Of a DNA stretch of 64,000 nt, positions 1-12,768 are shown one piece after another. The position numbers were made by a program, and so were the translations under genes. Under the pieces are notes generated by a model. It saw only the letters and a program-made list of their open reading frames with translations, had not been told where the DNA came from and did no database searches. Source of the DNA: Lama glama (taxonomy: Eukaryota); the NCBI GenBank assembly GCA_028534125.1, contig CM052818.1, positions 48,732,001 through 48,796,000 of the forward strand. The letters are read 5' to 3'. The stretch's first letter is position 1. Each line of letters starts with the position of its first letter.

Positions 1-69
1 TATTGAAGCTGATGACTGATGAAGTCTGTCGTGGAGCCCCTAGCACCCCCCTTTGCTGTGAGTGTGGAA

Positions 70-245
70 GGGCACTGTCAAGGGGTGATTCTGAATGTTG
101 AGGGGCTTGGCAATCCCTGGGGAGCTCATTAAATATGCAGGTCCTAGGCCCCTTTGCAAGCAATTCTAGCTCCTCCCTCAATCTGTGGCAGGACCCAAAG
201 TCAACCTCTTGAGGAATTTCCTCAAATGGTTAAGAAGCCATGTTA
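70..245. mobile_element. Degenerate hAT-Charlie element, MER5A-like
   Basis: 'ggggagctcattaaatatgcaggtcctaggcccc...gttaagaagccatg' resembles the recalled MER5A core; highly diverged. Confidence 0.4.
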
Positions 246-2348
246 CAAGCCACAGAGCGCTGGGTAGACACGGGATGACGGGACGGTGCGGTGCGGACAG
301 CTGAAGCGGGGGCGCTGAGCAGACCCTGAAGCCACAGGAGGCAGGACACTGTTCTTCGACTCACAGCTGGTAAGACAGACGGCAGCCACAGTGCACGGTG
401 GCGGCAGGGCCAGCGTGAGCGCCACCGCGGAGGGTCATTTCCATTAATGACTTGTTAATGTTTTTAAGTAGACAGCTTTTACATAAATATCCAAATTGCA
501 GCCTTCTCTTCAAAATTAGACCAGGCAACACAGAGCCCGGGTTTCTGCCTCTTTCATGAGAACAATCCACTAACTGAGAAAGAACCAACCTTCTGGAACA
601 GCGTGGGCTCTCCCATTCACATCCGGTGGACACTTTTCTCCATCCTGCGGGCGGTTGGATCGACCCTCCCTTCTTCAGGCCAGGATTTGGAGACACCAGG
701 ATCCACTGAGAAGGGGCTTAACATCTGACTGAACTTTTTTATAGAGAGCGATCTGGTTACTTTCATGATTTTAAATTGTGATCTGTCAACGTACACTGTT
801 CAGTTCAAAATGACCTTCAAGATTATCTGGTCCAGTGTTTTTTTCTTTTTTTAAGAGAATGAAAAAGGCTTTTAATTGTTGAATTTAGCAATCTTTCCTT
901 AATCTTCATTTTTCTTGCAGTCTCTGTGGTATTAGATGTAATTCTCCATCTTTGAGACTCTCTTGCTTTCTGTGATGCTGCTATGTGATCTTTATCTTCT
1001 TCCTTATATTTTTCAAAGTATCATTGGTTTTCAAAAATAAGTAGACCCTTACATTGAGTTTGGCACTGTACTGGGTGCTAAGCGTGGAAAATGAGAAATG
1101 AGTGTTTCATTTCGTGATCTCATTCGCTGGCTTCTGACTTTAACATGACTGGGATGGATTGCCCAAGATTTCATGAAAATTATTTCCTTCTTGTTTTAAA
1201 TGCTAACCTTCAGTGATCTTTCTACCCAGAGGAAATATGAATGAGTAGACAAACTTAGGGACAAATTTTTTGGTCCAGTATTTTTCAGGTTAACTTTCTT
1301 CTGATCTTCATGGGTATTAATACGAATACAAGTCATATGGCCAAATAAACTTGGTAAGTGAGTGAGCAGACTTCTTTTCTGCAGTTTGCTGCCCAGTCAG
1401 GAGCCCCCGAGATGGCTGTGGGGTACATGGAATCCCAATGGCTTCCTTGCAACCCTACCCCTCCATGTTTTCAGAAATATTCTTTGCAAATGCAAATCTA
1501 CTTCAATTCCCCTTTTTTTTTTTTTTAATCCCCAAGGAAACTGAATCTTGGGAGATTTCATGACATGGAGAATTGAAACTCAACTTTGCTTTTGTGCACC
1601 CCAATGCTCTGATGACTAACTGCTCACAGCCAGTCCCTGGTCAGTGTTGAATAAATCATCTGGATGAGATCAGAAGGTGGATTCCGGGACACACACTTGT
1701 CTTGCAGATTCATGCTTGAAAAGCAGGGAACAGGAGGTGACCTTCCCGTGGGGTTTAGTCAAGGTTTTGAGTCATGCCTGTGAGTGTGTCTGTGAGTAAA
1801 ATATCCAGTTTTTAGAGTTTGCTTTCTTAATAATTTGATCAAAATATCAACACATCTTGTTTTCCTCAGTGCACAAAAACTGGTTACATTTATTTCTTCG
1901 ATATGTACGTTTTTCTCTTTGTGTTTAAAGTAGGGCAAGTTTTTAAAAGTAAATACCCCTCATAGCAAATTAAGGAAGTACGAAGGTGTATGGTCAAAAT
2001 TAAAGCCAATTTAGGGGATTTTTACAATCTTCACATTTTTCTAAAATCTCCCAACTTTAGTAGCCATCTTTAAATGTCATTTTTAGACATGACCTCTTTT
2101 TCCCTTCGCGCTCTCTTCCTCTCGCCTGCATCGTTCTCTGTTAAAAGCCAAGATAGCCCTTAAGGTCGGCTGAAATACCGTCTTTACATCTCCTGCTTCT
2201 GAGTTTTGATATCTTGAATTTAGGACTTCAGAAAAGCTTTATAGTTACTGGGAAGACATTTTCCTTCCAGATGCTAATCTCTTTAAGATCAGGACAGCTG
2301 TGTCCTATTTGGTCCCCAGGTGCCCTGCTCATTGCAAGGTACGTGGTG

Positions 2349-2732
2349 GTGCAAGTCAGCTGGTGCGGCCGTAACCAAACACCGCGGATGGGTGGATGGG
2401 GCGCACAACAGACCTATCTCTCTCCTTATTTCTCTGACGCTTCTGGAGGCTGAAAGAGCAAGATGGAGGTGCTGGCGGAGTCGGTGCCTGGTGAGGACGC
2501 TCTTCTGGGATGCAGACGGCTGCCTTCTCCCTGGGGTTTGCACGGGACAGAGAAAGCCAGGGGTGGGGGGAGGTCCTCTGCTGTCTCTTCTTATAAGGAG
2601 ACTGATTCCATCATGGCGGCCCCACCCTCACGACCTCATCTGAACCCACTCATCCCCCAAATGTCCCATCACGTTGGGAGCTGGGGCTTCAACATACGAA
2701 TTTGGGGGTGCACAAATATTCAGCCTGGAATA
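2349..2732 (-). mobile_element. ERVL-MaLR solo LTR, MLT1A-like
   Basis: Ordered MLT1A antisense landmarks: 'ttctggaggctg..aagatggaggtgctggc..ggtgagg', 'tcttataagg', 'ccaccctcacgacctcatc', 'ttcaacatacgaatttggggg..cacaaatattcag'. Confidence 0.8.
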
Positions 2733-3224
2733 ATGGTGGTTTTCAAATATTTATTGAACTAATGGACAATGAGCCTGTTTTTGCTGTTACATGGCATCAG
2801 TGACAGAGTCCTGAGTGGCAGCCCCTGCGCTCCTAGGATGGCCGAGTTTTGGGGCCTTTGTGGGACCTTAGTTTCCGCCGTAGCCGCGTCCTGAGCGGGA
2901 GGGACGCACGGTGCAGTCCCACGGTCACAGACGAGGCTTCTGACATCCAGACGGCTGAGGGACTGTCTCCGGATGGCAGGGGTGACACGAGAGCCCAGGT
3001 CCTGCGTCTCACAGTCCCTTCAGGCCCTTCTTCATCCTTGAATGCAAACCTTTTATACCCCAACCTGCAACCATGCTTCACTGAATAAGCCACTTCTAGA
3101 CTGTGACAAGGTCCAGAAATTTTGGATTAAAAAATGTAAAAGTACAGAATGTGAGGGAACTGCTCGGCGGGTCTGTCATGATCTTGACAAATGAGCCAGC
3201 TGATGAGCGTCTCATTTACTGATG

Positions 3225-3680
3225 CAGGCAGACCTCGTTTTATCACAGTTTGCTTTATTGCATTTCACGAATACTGCCCCCCCCCTTTTTTTTTAAACAA
3301 ATTGAAGGTGGCAATCAACTTGTAGCAAGCAAACCTATCAGCCCCATTTTTCCAGCAGCATTTGCTCGCTTTGTGTCTCTGTGTCGTATTTGGTTATTCT
3401 CATAATATTTCAAATGTTTTCATTATCACTGTATCTATGATCTGTGATCTTTGATGTTACTACTGCGACTTGCTGATGGCTCAGATGATAGCGTTTTTTA
3501 GTAATAAGGTATTTTAAAATTAAGGTATATACTTTTTTTTAAGACGTAAGGCTATTAAATGCTTAATAGATTCAGTATCACGGGAAGGTAACTTTGTGCA
3601 CACTGGGAAACCAAAACATTTGTGTGACTGCTTTGGTGCGGTGGTTTGGAACTGAGCCCACGATCTCCGAGGTGAGCCTG
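3225..3680 (+). mobile_element. Internally deleted Tigger1 derivative (TcMar DNA transposon)
   Basis: Terminal inverted repeats caggcagacctcg (3225) and cgaggtgagcctg (3668-3680). Internal Tigger1 terminal sequences 'acaaattgaagg', 'ccatttttccagcagca', 'gggaaaccaaaa..tgtgtgact', 'gcggtggtttggaac'. Confidence 0.85.
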
Positions 3681-3769
3681 CCTTCACGGGCCAGACTGCC
3701 AAACTCCACAGGAGTCTGACGGACCTGTAATGTGCAAAATACCATTTAGACTCTAACATTTTCAAAGTT

Positions 3770-3935
3770 CTGTTACCCCTCACAACCGTCCGAGAAGCCG
3801 TGGGCGTTTTCCCCGCTCTACGGAAAGAACACAGACAATGGACCCTGCCTGCGGTCGCTGAGCTCCTCAGCAGTAGAGCCTGGATTTGAACTTGGGGGTT
3901 TCTAATGCCAAAATTGTGTTTTTTACAACGCTAAG
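3770..3935 (-). mobile_element. MIR SINE fragment
   Basis: 'cctcacaacc...agtagagcctggatttgaac..ggtttctaatgccaaa' matches the MIR core in antisense; diverged. Confidence 0.5.
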
Positions 3936-4483
3936 GTGCACGTGCGGGAGCAGACCACCTCCCCTGCTTTGCAGGCTAAGAAGGAGAAGCCTGAAAGCTT
4001 TTTCACTCCTTCTCTGGTTACCTGTTGTCCTTCCCTGCCCTCTACTCCGTATCTTCTATTGCCTCTTTTTGCTTGAGAACCAAGTATTTTGTTTATGCTT
4101 TTTAATGTAACCAGAGGAAAACTGTATATACTAAAAGACACGCCGGTTTATGATGGCATGAAGACAGCATCCGCTCATCACAGAGGCAGAAAAGCAGGCG
4201 TCAGAAACAGGAACCTCCCTGGCCTCCTCTTTCACTTGCTGTGAGTAATAAATATGATCACTGTTCGCTAAGTTCACGATCTCAAACGCTTAGCACAAAG
4301 ATAAAGTCGCCTCTCAACTTCAACTGTTCTTTTTAATCTTTACAACGTCTTCATTTATTCTGGATTAGAGCCGGAAGGAACTTTCTGATGACCCCTGAAA
4401 ACGAAAAAAAAAAAAATTGAAATAATTGAGGCTGGGTTTGGGGAGAGTCTGGTGTTTGGTCTCGTGGGCCTGGTTTTTATTAC

Positions 4484-4670
4484 CTCGGGCACAGCCTTGG
4501 ATTAACTTTGCAGCGCCCAGCTGAGCTGTCTGCCCCTCTATGGCCACGGGCACCCACAAGCCCGGCCGGCTCCCCAAACGTCAAGCCGTGGGTCTGGGTG
4601 CTCTGCCTTTGCGGTGGTTTTGGCTGACTTGGTCTCTTCTCAGGTCCTGTTTTCCTGGCTTTTTGCACAC
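4484..4670 (-). other. Candidate non-coding (alternative 5') exon followed by an 89-nt intron (4395-4483)
   Basis: Minus strand: donor CCGAG|GTAATA, branch-like CTCAAT, T13 tract and acceptor TTTTCAG|GGGTC, with no AG between branch point and acceptor. No transcript evidence available. Confidence 0.3.
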
Positions 4671-5844
4671 CTGCATTTGAAAGGGTACATTGTGTAAGTC
4701 GTTCTGAGCACTCTCCAAGGCTGCCACCTCGCCCTTTTTGTTACAGACATAAACAAAACCCATCACTCGAGTTTATTTAAATCCAACAGAGACACTGTGA
4801 TTTTTTGTATCAGTGTTTGATTTTCCCTGATTTTTATAATAGGTGTGTTTGCTGATTTCTATAATAATGAATAGCAACTGAGGTCTAACTCAGGACACTT
4901 ACATTGCTTTTTCAGGCAAAAGAAAGAAAAGGTTAAAAAAAAGCTTCCAGTTTTACTGAGGCAAGAATCCTGATTTATTGTCAAAAGTAAACAGGAGTCC
5001 TCTCTACCACATGTGGCATCTTACTTTTCTCCCTGCAAAATGGCAACACCAGAGGGCCTTTCAGGTAATGCCGAGGACTAAATGGGAAAACATGCGACGT
5101 GCTGAGTACACGGTGAGGGTTCAGGACCCAGTAGCTCCCTTCCTTGGTTCATCCAGAAATCTACTGATGGAGTCACAGATCTGTCTTTCCTGTTGAATGC
5201 GGCCGGCCGTCACCCTCTGCCGTGTTAGGTATTTTTCCCACCAGACAGCTTTAAAGTTGGTATGGGGGGTCCTGCCCCTTGGAGGGTGTCTTTGAAAATC
5301 AAACTGACTAGGAAACAGAGACACTTGTACTAGATGAGGTACCCTCTAGTCTAGTTCCATCACCATCTGAAACAAAAACACCAGCAGAAGGCTCGCCCGT
5401 AGCCAGAGAGCTTGGAGGAACCCTGGCGTCTCGCTCCCCCCGCTCCTGCCGGTTTGGCAAACGTGTGAAGTTCAACAGTGTCCCCTGCGGAGCCCGCCTG
5501 CCGGTCGTGAGTCCCACAGACCAGCCCCAACTGTTGCCTCTGGGGGCTTAGATCTCCCTGCTGGGGCGGGACCTGGGCCTCTTAAGAGTAGACCGAAGTC
5601 AAGCACTTCCCTAGCAAGAGACCCTGCATCGCCCAAAGCCCCAGTCTGGCCCTGGGAACCCAGCACTGGTAACAATGGCTTTGTAAAAACTGCTTTTATA
5701 GACTCCTCCCCCAAGGCAGTCAGTGCCTTCCATCCCCCCCCCCTCCCCCGTCAGCCCACTGAGCCGTCCATCTGACGGCTTTGCATTGGGATGGCTGTTC
5801 CTTCCTACTCAGTCCCTCCTGTGGCCGTGACTGGGGTCCAGAGG

Positions 5845-5961
5845 TGTCCCTGGTTTTCGAGTAGTTTTTTTCTGTCTGGAGTGAACTTGCTTCTTTGGGA
5901 ATTGAACCTCTGACCCTGCCTCCATTAGCACCCGGCTTTAATCACTTGAACTTAGCAGGCC
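5845..5961 (-). mobile_element. Ancient tRNA-Ile-headed SINE (MamSINE1-like)
   Basis: The reverse complement 'ggcctgctaagttcaagtgattaaagccgggtgctaatggaggcagggtcagaggttcaattccc' aligns to the tRNA-Ile(AAT) layout (GGTGCTAAT anticodon arm, GTTCAA T-loop), followed by 'cagacagaaaaaaact'. Too degenerate to be a functional tRNA. Confidence 0.55.
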
Positions 5962-8900
5962 AGACGAACCAAACCCACTCCTATCGCGTCCTGCCACGTT
6001 TTGAAGGTTGCAGAGGCCAGAGCCCTCCTCACACCCGAAGTTCACTCCCACGCCGTCACCTGTGGCCCCTTGGGTAACCCTGGGACTTTTAGTAAATTTT
6101 CATTGTCCGGCAGAAGATGGAAAAGGAAGTGGATGGGGCTGTGCGTGGACGTGGAAGAGGAAACATACAAAGTGCAGACGTCCGTCCCCCCCGAGCTCGG
6201 AGTGGCGGGGGGTGGACGTGTGTGTTTCCCTTTGATTCCGCGGCTCCTGCAGCTGGTAACGCCGCTGCCCGCACAGCCAGACCGCGCCCTGTGCCCAAAG
6301 GACGCGGGCTTTCCGGTGCCCGCGGGAATGGCTTTCCCTCTTTCTGCGTGAGCTTGTTAAACATGTGACAGATCAGCTTGACGCTAGACTTCTTGCAGCT
6401 TCAGGCTTGCACGCTGGCTGATAAAACCAGCTCCAAACACAAGCAGCCTGCTCCCGGCTCCAGGTCACCCGTTCAGGGTTCAGCCCGCCAATTTCTGAGG
6501 CCGGCCTGTCCCACAGGACCCGTGCAGGATGAGAGAGCATCACCGCCCCGGACGCCAGCCTGCAGCCCACGTGGGGCCGCCCCCTCGTCCGGCAGGGAGG
6601 CCGCCCACCCTCTCACTCCGTGTCTAAAAAAGATTGACTGTTCTGCGTTTTCCGGTGACGAATTATATATCAGAAGACAGGAGATTTAAAAATTAATTCA
6701 AGATTAATTTAGGGATGACTGCACATGGAATTATTTGGCCAGCAGATGAAAACTGAAATGTTCACTACAAAGAGAGGAGATTGTAGACATGTCAAATTTT
6801 AATCCCATTTCCCGTGAAGAATTATCATGGCCCAAGACCCTTCTTGAAACCCCAGTTAATCATTCAAGCTCCAGCATTACCCGTACCTTCCATGAGCACC
6901 AGTCAGGGTGCCGCTGGTGTCTGGTAACGGATTCATGTTTGCAGACAGAAAAAAAGAAAAAAAAACTAGTTACTTCTGTACCAAGCAGTAACGGAAAAAA
7001 TAAAATAAAACAAAGCAATAGCTGATGCGGATACTGTCTCCAGATTGAGGAAAACTTTTTACTTTTTTAAGTAGATGAGAAATAAATTTAAAATCAGAAA
7101 AAAAACTTTCTTATTTAAGATTCTGTTAAATTTTAACTGCTGCGAGAAACAACGCAGACCTCACCATCTCAATGAAGCAGAAAGACAAGGAGCAAATCAA
7201 GATGCGTCTGTCCGTAAATGTGCAGGCGGCGGGGCAGATCATGGCTGAATACAGTTGAAATACACACACTGATCCTACCAGAATTAAGTCCTGTCTCCAA
7301 ATTGCGTTGTGTCCTGGAGAAAAATATACACGTTTAAGAAACCGGTGTTGCCCACCCAAGGCACCTATACATCGTGCAAGAAAACTGTCCCGGAGAGGCT
7401 GTGCTCTGTCTTGAAATATTCAGAGCTGACCTTTCTCAGCACATCTCCTGGTTTCCAAACGCAGAATGCATCTGGACAGCTTCCTCTGGCTTGTTTCTCT
7501 GCCCCGCCCCCCAGCTTTCTATGCGAATGCACATTTGAGGGAGGATGTGTGAAGACGGAGACTGACCTTCAATAATGCATTTTTTTGAATGCCCTATTTG
7601 GTCTGATCATTTCCTGAAAACTGCTCATGTGATACCATCTTTCCAAAGCCCTGGGGGAAGAAAAAATCAAACGAATTACAGTGGAACTTGGAAAGAAATG
7701 GAATGAAATGTAATTGAATATGCTCTCTGAGCAATACACAGTGCATTAAAAGGCCCGGCGATTAGGGAGCAAGCAGTGAGCCCTCAAACAGGGCTGCGTG
7801 CAAATTAGGCGGGGCCTGCATCAGTGAGGGTGGAAATCCTGCCAGATCAGGTGTTTCCACGCTGCGGGAGAGAGTCCTTGCTCGCACAGAGCTCCCCTCC
7901 TGGTCCATCTTGCACGCCCCTGTTGCTGGTGCCTCATCAGAGGAAACCATTTAAAAGGGACTCCTGTGGCCAATGGACTTTTTTTTTCCCTGAATCATCA
8001 CACTTGATATTGAATTAATTTCTACAGCTTCTACCTTTTGAAAGCAAGAAAATACGGTGAACAGAACAATGCCCTGCAAGTGCAGAGTAAGTGAAGACGG
8101 AGGAGGAGAAAGCAGGAGGTAGAAGACGCTCGTGCACATGAGTGATCGGGTTGAGCTTCTGTTTCCTTGTTGGATCTTTGTTATTTTCATTTATTTCACT
8201 TTCATATTTTCAAAATGGGGTCGAAGATTGAAAATCACATAATCTGGCAGTTTCAAATATTTTTAAGACCACCTTTCCTCCCAACATAGAAAAGATAAAA
8301 AAGGAAGTGATCTGTCTATGCTGCCTTGTGAAAACCTGCACAGGAGATGCTCTTTACATCCAACGGGCAGAGCGATGGTTCTCACAGTGAGATCTGAGCT
8401 GGTCACTGCATCTCTTCTGTGAGATGGGAGTGCAGACAGAGGGGGAGAGAAGACATTCTGCTTGGAATCAGTGGAAATTGGAGTGTCTTTGGGATGTCAG
8501 TGTGGACCTGCATAATCAGAGTCAAAGGCTTACGACAGATTCTACTTCGTCTCTGGGCCATCTGCCCATGGAGGGTGACTGAAGTCCTCTGAGTACATGG
8601 CAACCACCCAGGAGGACTGTGTTCAGAGAAAGAAGAGGCGTGCCGGTGGAATCCCAGAATGTATTTCAGAATGCAGTGCTTTGGCAGAGGGGAAAACAAA
8701 GGCCAGGATGGAGTGGCCAAAAGTCAGCATAGGAACCAGGAGGTGTGGATTCTAAGAAGCGGGGAGGACAAGTTTAAGAACAAGCCAGTGGGAAGGGAGA
8801 AGCTCTGGGTGCAGGAGAAGGGAACAGCTTTCCTAGATCCAGGTCCCGCAGAAGCAGGAGGACCAGCTCCTCCTGACGTGCGGGAGGCAGCAGCGGTGAC

Positions 8901-10199
8901 GCCTCCTTCACGTGAAGGACGAGGGCGCTGTTTGGCGGTGCTTACCTGGCTTTGAGCCAGTCGGCTGCGTGCCACGAATCCCTACACTTTCAAATATTGT
9001 CTACTTTCAAATGGAAGCAATCCAGGGATTCTGATCATTTTAATAAGATACAGACGGTGATAATATGAAATGCGGAGCCCAAAGGGCAGGACCACATGTG
9101 GCTGTTTTCTCTGCTCCTAGCGATGTCGCAACGCGGAGGACATAGATGCCTGTGCAGTGAAGGAGCTCCTTCCATCCTTCTTCTCCAGGGAGTGTGCATT
9201 GTTGTTCCAAACATGTTACAAGTTCATTGAGCGTAGCTGATAAGGGAAGAAGTTCTTTTTATGAAGCCCACAAACCAGGGCTCCAAAACTATTTAATGGA
9301 ATGCTTGGCTCATTCAGGACAAGTGATGATCTGGGGCTGGCTAGGCTGCAGCAGCCAAGAAACAGAATCTCAAAGACAGATTCTGTGATTAGTATCAGAT
9401 ACTGAAACCTTCCCACGGGCTACCTTCCAGGAGCCTCCCAGCGGCCCTGAGGCATGTCCTTTGCAGTTGGGAGTGTCCCCCCAGCCAAAAGGCATCAGAC
9501 AAGAGGAGGCTGCAGAAACCAGTCGTATTAACATCCTGCCACCTGTGACACCTTCACATCTAGTTTTCTGCTGCCCTGGTCCTGCCAGCCTGGGCCTGTG
9601 CAGTTTTCTGGAAAACATGAATAATAGGTGGTCAAGGTAAGATATTTACGAAACCTATGATTGTCAGTGGTTTGTGGAAAGAGGACAGGCCTGAGAGGTT
9701 TAAATCCCCCTTTCTCCCAGAGATGTGAAATCCAGCAGGTCCAATCATCTCTTTGGGATGTAATTTAGATTTTTATTACATGGTGACAATCATACTTATT
9801 TCTAGATGTCTTTGTGAGGATCTAATATGTCAACGTGTATGGAAATGCTTTGTAAGTGACAAATGTTAGTGGTGTCCTCAAATCTGGATGAGGAGTTTAA
9901 GACCTCGTTTCCCCCACTATTCTGTAACAGAGGCCTTCTGGGATGTGTTCGGTCTAGAGGCAACGTAGTGTGTTCATGGTGTTCTAAAGACAGACTACAT
10001 GGAGTGGAAGATGAAGGTGTTTCCAGTCTGTCTTGCACTGGGAATTCTCATCATAGCTTGCTCCTCTCTTGTGAAATGTCTCCTTTCTTCTTGCGCTGTG
10101 GGATTTCTCTTGCGTGGAAGAAATGGAGAAAACAGAATAGGGACGGGGGCTGGGGTCAGGAGAGAGAAGGCTGGGAGTGGTACCCTCGTGCAGACGGCC

Positions 10200-10577
10200 G
10201 GGCAATTCCTTGCATCCATCATGCCTTTTCATAATAGACATCCAATTAGAATCTACTTTTCCCAGCCTGCCTTGCAACTGGCTCATGTGACCAGTGTCCC
10301 CCAGTGGGATGTAGCTGACATGAACTGTGCCACCAGAAGTGACCAAGGCTCCCAGAAGTCCCTGAGCCTCCTCCAGGCTGGTTTCCCCCTTCGTTAGCTA
10401 GAGGCAGGTGACAGTGACATCATTAACATGGAAGAAGCCTGCGTCTCTGAGCCCCTCAGGACAAGACCCACCCCGACCAGGAGCATCCACACTGGACAAC
10501 CACATGGAAGAGGGGAAACTTCTGTTTCAGTCCTGAGGCATTTTGGGGCCTATATGTGAGCCCACCCTGGCTAATTT
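10200..10577 (+). mobile_element. Old ERVL-MaLR LTR (MLT1J-like)
   Basis: 'tttcccagcctgccttgca..catgtgacc..ccagtgggatgtagc', 'atggaagaagcctgcgtctctga', 'aaacttctgttt..ttttggggc..ccaccctggctaat'. Confidence 0.55.
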
Positions 10578-10710
10578 CTAGTCTCTGTCCTGAGCAAGGG
10601 GGACGAAACACCTCCTGAGCTCACACATATTCCAGACCAACTCGAGTATAGGGTTTTCAGTAGAGATTCGGGAACAAAGTCTTTCTAGAAACGTTTTTCA
10701 AGTCAGTATC

Positions 10711-10832
10711 CTTTTGTTGGGGGGAGGCTCATTAAATTGATTGATTTATTCCTCTATTTAATGGAGACACTGGGGCTTGAACCCAGGACCTCGTGCTCAG
10801 CATGTGCTCTACCACTGAGCTCCACCCTCCCC
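10711..10832 (-). mobile_element. Camelid tRNA-derived SINE (Vic-1 type)
   Basis: The reverse complement reads GGGGAGGGTGGAGCTCAGTGGTAGAGCACATGCTGAGCACGAGGTCCTGGGTTCAAGCCCCAGTGTCTCCATTAAA, with Pol III A and B boxes and a 'cctcccccc' + A-rich tail. Confidence 0.9.
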
Positions 10833-11782
10833 TCTGGGACCAAAGTCTTTATGGATTAGAGAGCGCTTATTTGCTGGTCCCTCCTCTTTTATCTTCCATG
10901 CATGTAGCTCAGTGACCAGAACAGCTGTTGCCTTGTGTCTAGGATTTGTGCAACCCGCTACCACCATCCCTGCTCGGTTAGGACCCCTTGGCTCCAAGTG
11001 ACAAAGACAGCCTCAAGGAGCCCAAGGGCATCAGGAATGTGGCACGGATCCTGCAGGTGCGGCCACCGCCCTAGCCTCCTGGGATCTGGGGTTGAACCTG
11101 GATTAAGGGGCAGCATGGGCTTCCCTCACGCCGCCTCGGTTTCTTCCTGCACCTGCGCTCTTTCGCCTCCCTTCAGCCAAAGGCCTGCCCCGACTCACGC
11201 GCTGCGTCTCCTCCATGGCTTAGGCGAACTTGTGGAAGCCACTTTCTCTCCAGCTTTGACTCCGTGCGACCTTTTGACTGTACCACCCAGCCAGGAACTG
11301 GTAACTTTGTTCTTTTCTTTACATCCAGTTCCTAAGAGCTGCTCTTCCTGCGCTTCTCTTTAAGCTGGACCGTGGGGCACGGCCAGGTCTTGGGATCCTG
11401 TCTCCCCCACCAGTCTAGCCAGACAGGTGGTATTTGAAAAATGACTTTTCTGGGGCAGCAGCCATTAGGGGCCCAGCAAATGTCATCCCGGAGGAATGTG
11501 AAGTGATCTCTTGTGACTGGCATCTTCGACACAACAGCAAACAATAAAGTGCTAAATAAAAGTTGGTGCTTATTACGTACTGCGAATATAAGTACACACG
11601 TACACAAAGAAATTTTTGTACCAACCAGGCTTTAGGCAGTACGTTGAGATGTTCAGAAAATAAATGAGAAAGGCAGCCCTTAATTTTATCAGTTGACAGT
11701 TTATTGGGGTTGGGGGGATGAAAAACGCGTGTAAATAACCATAATAACAATAACAACAATCATAAATCCATAAAGAGACCGA

Positions 11783-11972
11783 ACTTTTTAATCGCAGCAC
11801 AGTCGGTCTACAAGGTTGTGTTAGTCTCTGGAATAGAGCACAGAGATTCAGTGATGCCTTTTTCACATCCTTCTTCATCACAGGCTATTACACGTTACTG
11901 AACGCGGTTCCCTGTGCTGTGCGGCAGGACCTTGTTTCTCTGTTTCACATGCAGTAATTTGGGTCTGCTAAT
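11783..11972 (-). mobile_element. 5'-truncated L1 3' end (artiodactyl type), strongly GC-shifted
   Basis: Colinear with the L1 3' ends at 41890 and 45200. Probable degenerate TSD agaccgaactt / agacctactt. Confidence 0.85.
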
Positions 11973-12049
11973 AGACCTACTTCTTAAGGTCACAACTGTC
12001 TGGTATCTCAAGTGTCACACTAATACAGGGTCTGTGTTGGGACAGAAAG

Positions 12050-12200
12050 AGCAGCAGCCTTCAGTTCAGCTTCTGGTCCCATGAGGGCGGGCCGTCTGGT
12101 CCTTAGTTTCTTCCTCTGTGAAACGGGGGTATTAGAGCCTACCTTACTCATAAAGTTGCTCTGAGATGAAGTAGGAAGGTGCTTTGAAAGCTAAAGCAGC
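12050..12200 (+). mobile_element. MIR SINE fragment
   Basis: MIR core 'ccttagtttcttcctctgtgaaacgggggtatta..cctacc..cataaagttgctctgagatgaa'. Confidence 0.55.
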
Positions 12201-12582
12201 TGTCCCAGGGCCCGGCTGTGGGCAGGGACCAGACGGCCTCTCCCACGAGGTCAGCAGCACCCAGCACAGGGACCCGTGCGGCGCAGGCACACAATGTTAG
12301 ATCTTTTAGGATTTTTCTCCCTCTTTAAATCCTATTTTTTTTAGTTCCTCCCGGGAGAGCACTGCCTTCGCTCGGGGCCTACTGAGGGCTGACACGTATG
12401 CAGGTGGCGTCACCGAGACCCCCCCCCCCCCGTCCTGCCAGATCTCAGCAGCGCATTGGAAACAAAATAGACTCTGCTTTTGCATACATCTGTTCCATTA
12501 TGCATGCTTTTGCTGAAACGCACCCTGTGAACTTAGCAGCTATTTTCTAACTAGTCCCCGCTGCACAAGTTAAAGTTGTTAC

Positions 12583-12768
12583 TCTCTGGGTAAGCACTTT
12601 CTGGATGGCGTTCTGGGATGTTCCGTTACGCACAGTCCAATGTGGCTGTTGAACTTGTGACTAATGACCACTTGAAATGTGGCTGGTGCTGTGGAGGAAC
12701 ACATCTCTAATTTAATGTAAGTTTAAATTTTCACCTGGGGCTCGTGGCTGCTGCATTAGATAGTGAAG
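12583..12768. mobile_element. hAT-Charlie MITE, MER3-like
   Basis: 'gtccaatgtggc..cacttgaaatgtggctggtgc..gaggaac..tttaaat..ctcgtggctgctgcattagatagtg' follows the MER3 order. Confidence 0.65.

Noticed and set aside
209-225. Short palindrome ttgaggaa-t-ttcctcaa with an NF-kB-like core; similar 8-bp-arm inverted repeat at ~40672-40694
   Set aside because: 8-bp arms are expected by chance in 64 kb, and the first lies in a palindromic MER5-type element.
5895-5961. tRNA-Ile-like sequence, and the tRNA-like heads at 10760-10832 and 46930-47005
   Set aside because: Stems are disrupted and the sequences continue into SINE bodies or tails, so these are SINE heads, not tRNA genes.
6855-6867. HNF1-like GTTAATCATT and scattered HNF4/GRHL/FOX-like motifs elsewhere
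   Set aside because: Isolated short motifs cannot be supported without conservation or chromatin data.
7165-7245. Possible minus-strand cryptic exon (ttcag|ccATG ... ATG|GTGAGG)
   Set aside because: Weak polypyrimidine tract and unrecognisable peptide. Such site pairs are common by chance in long introns.
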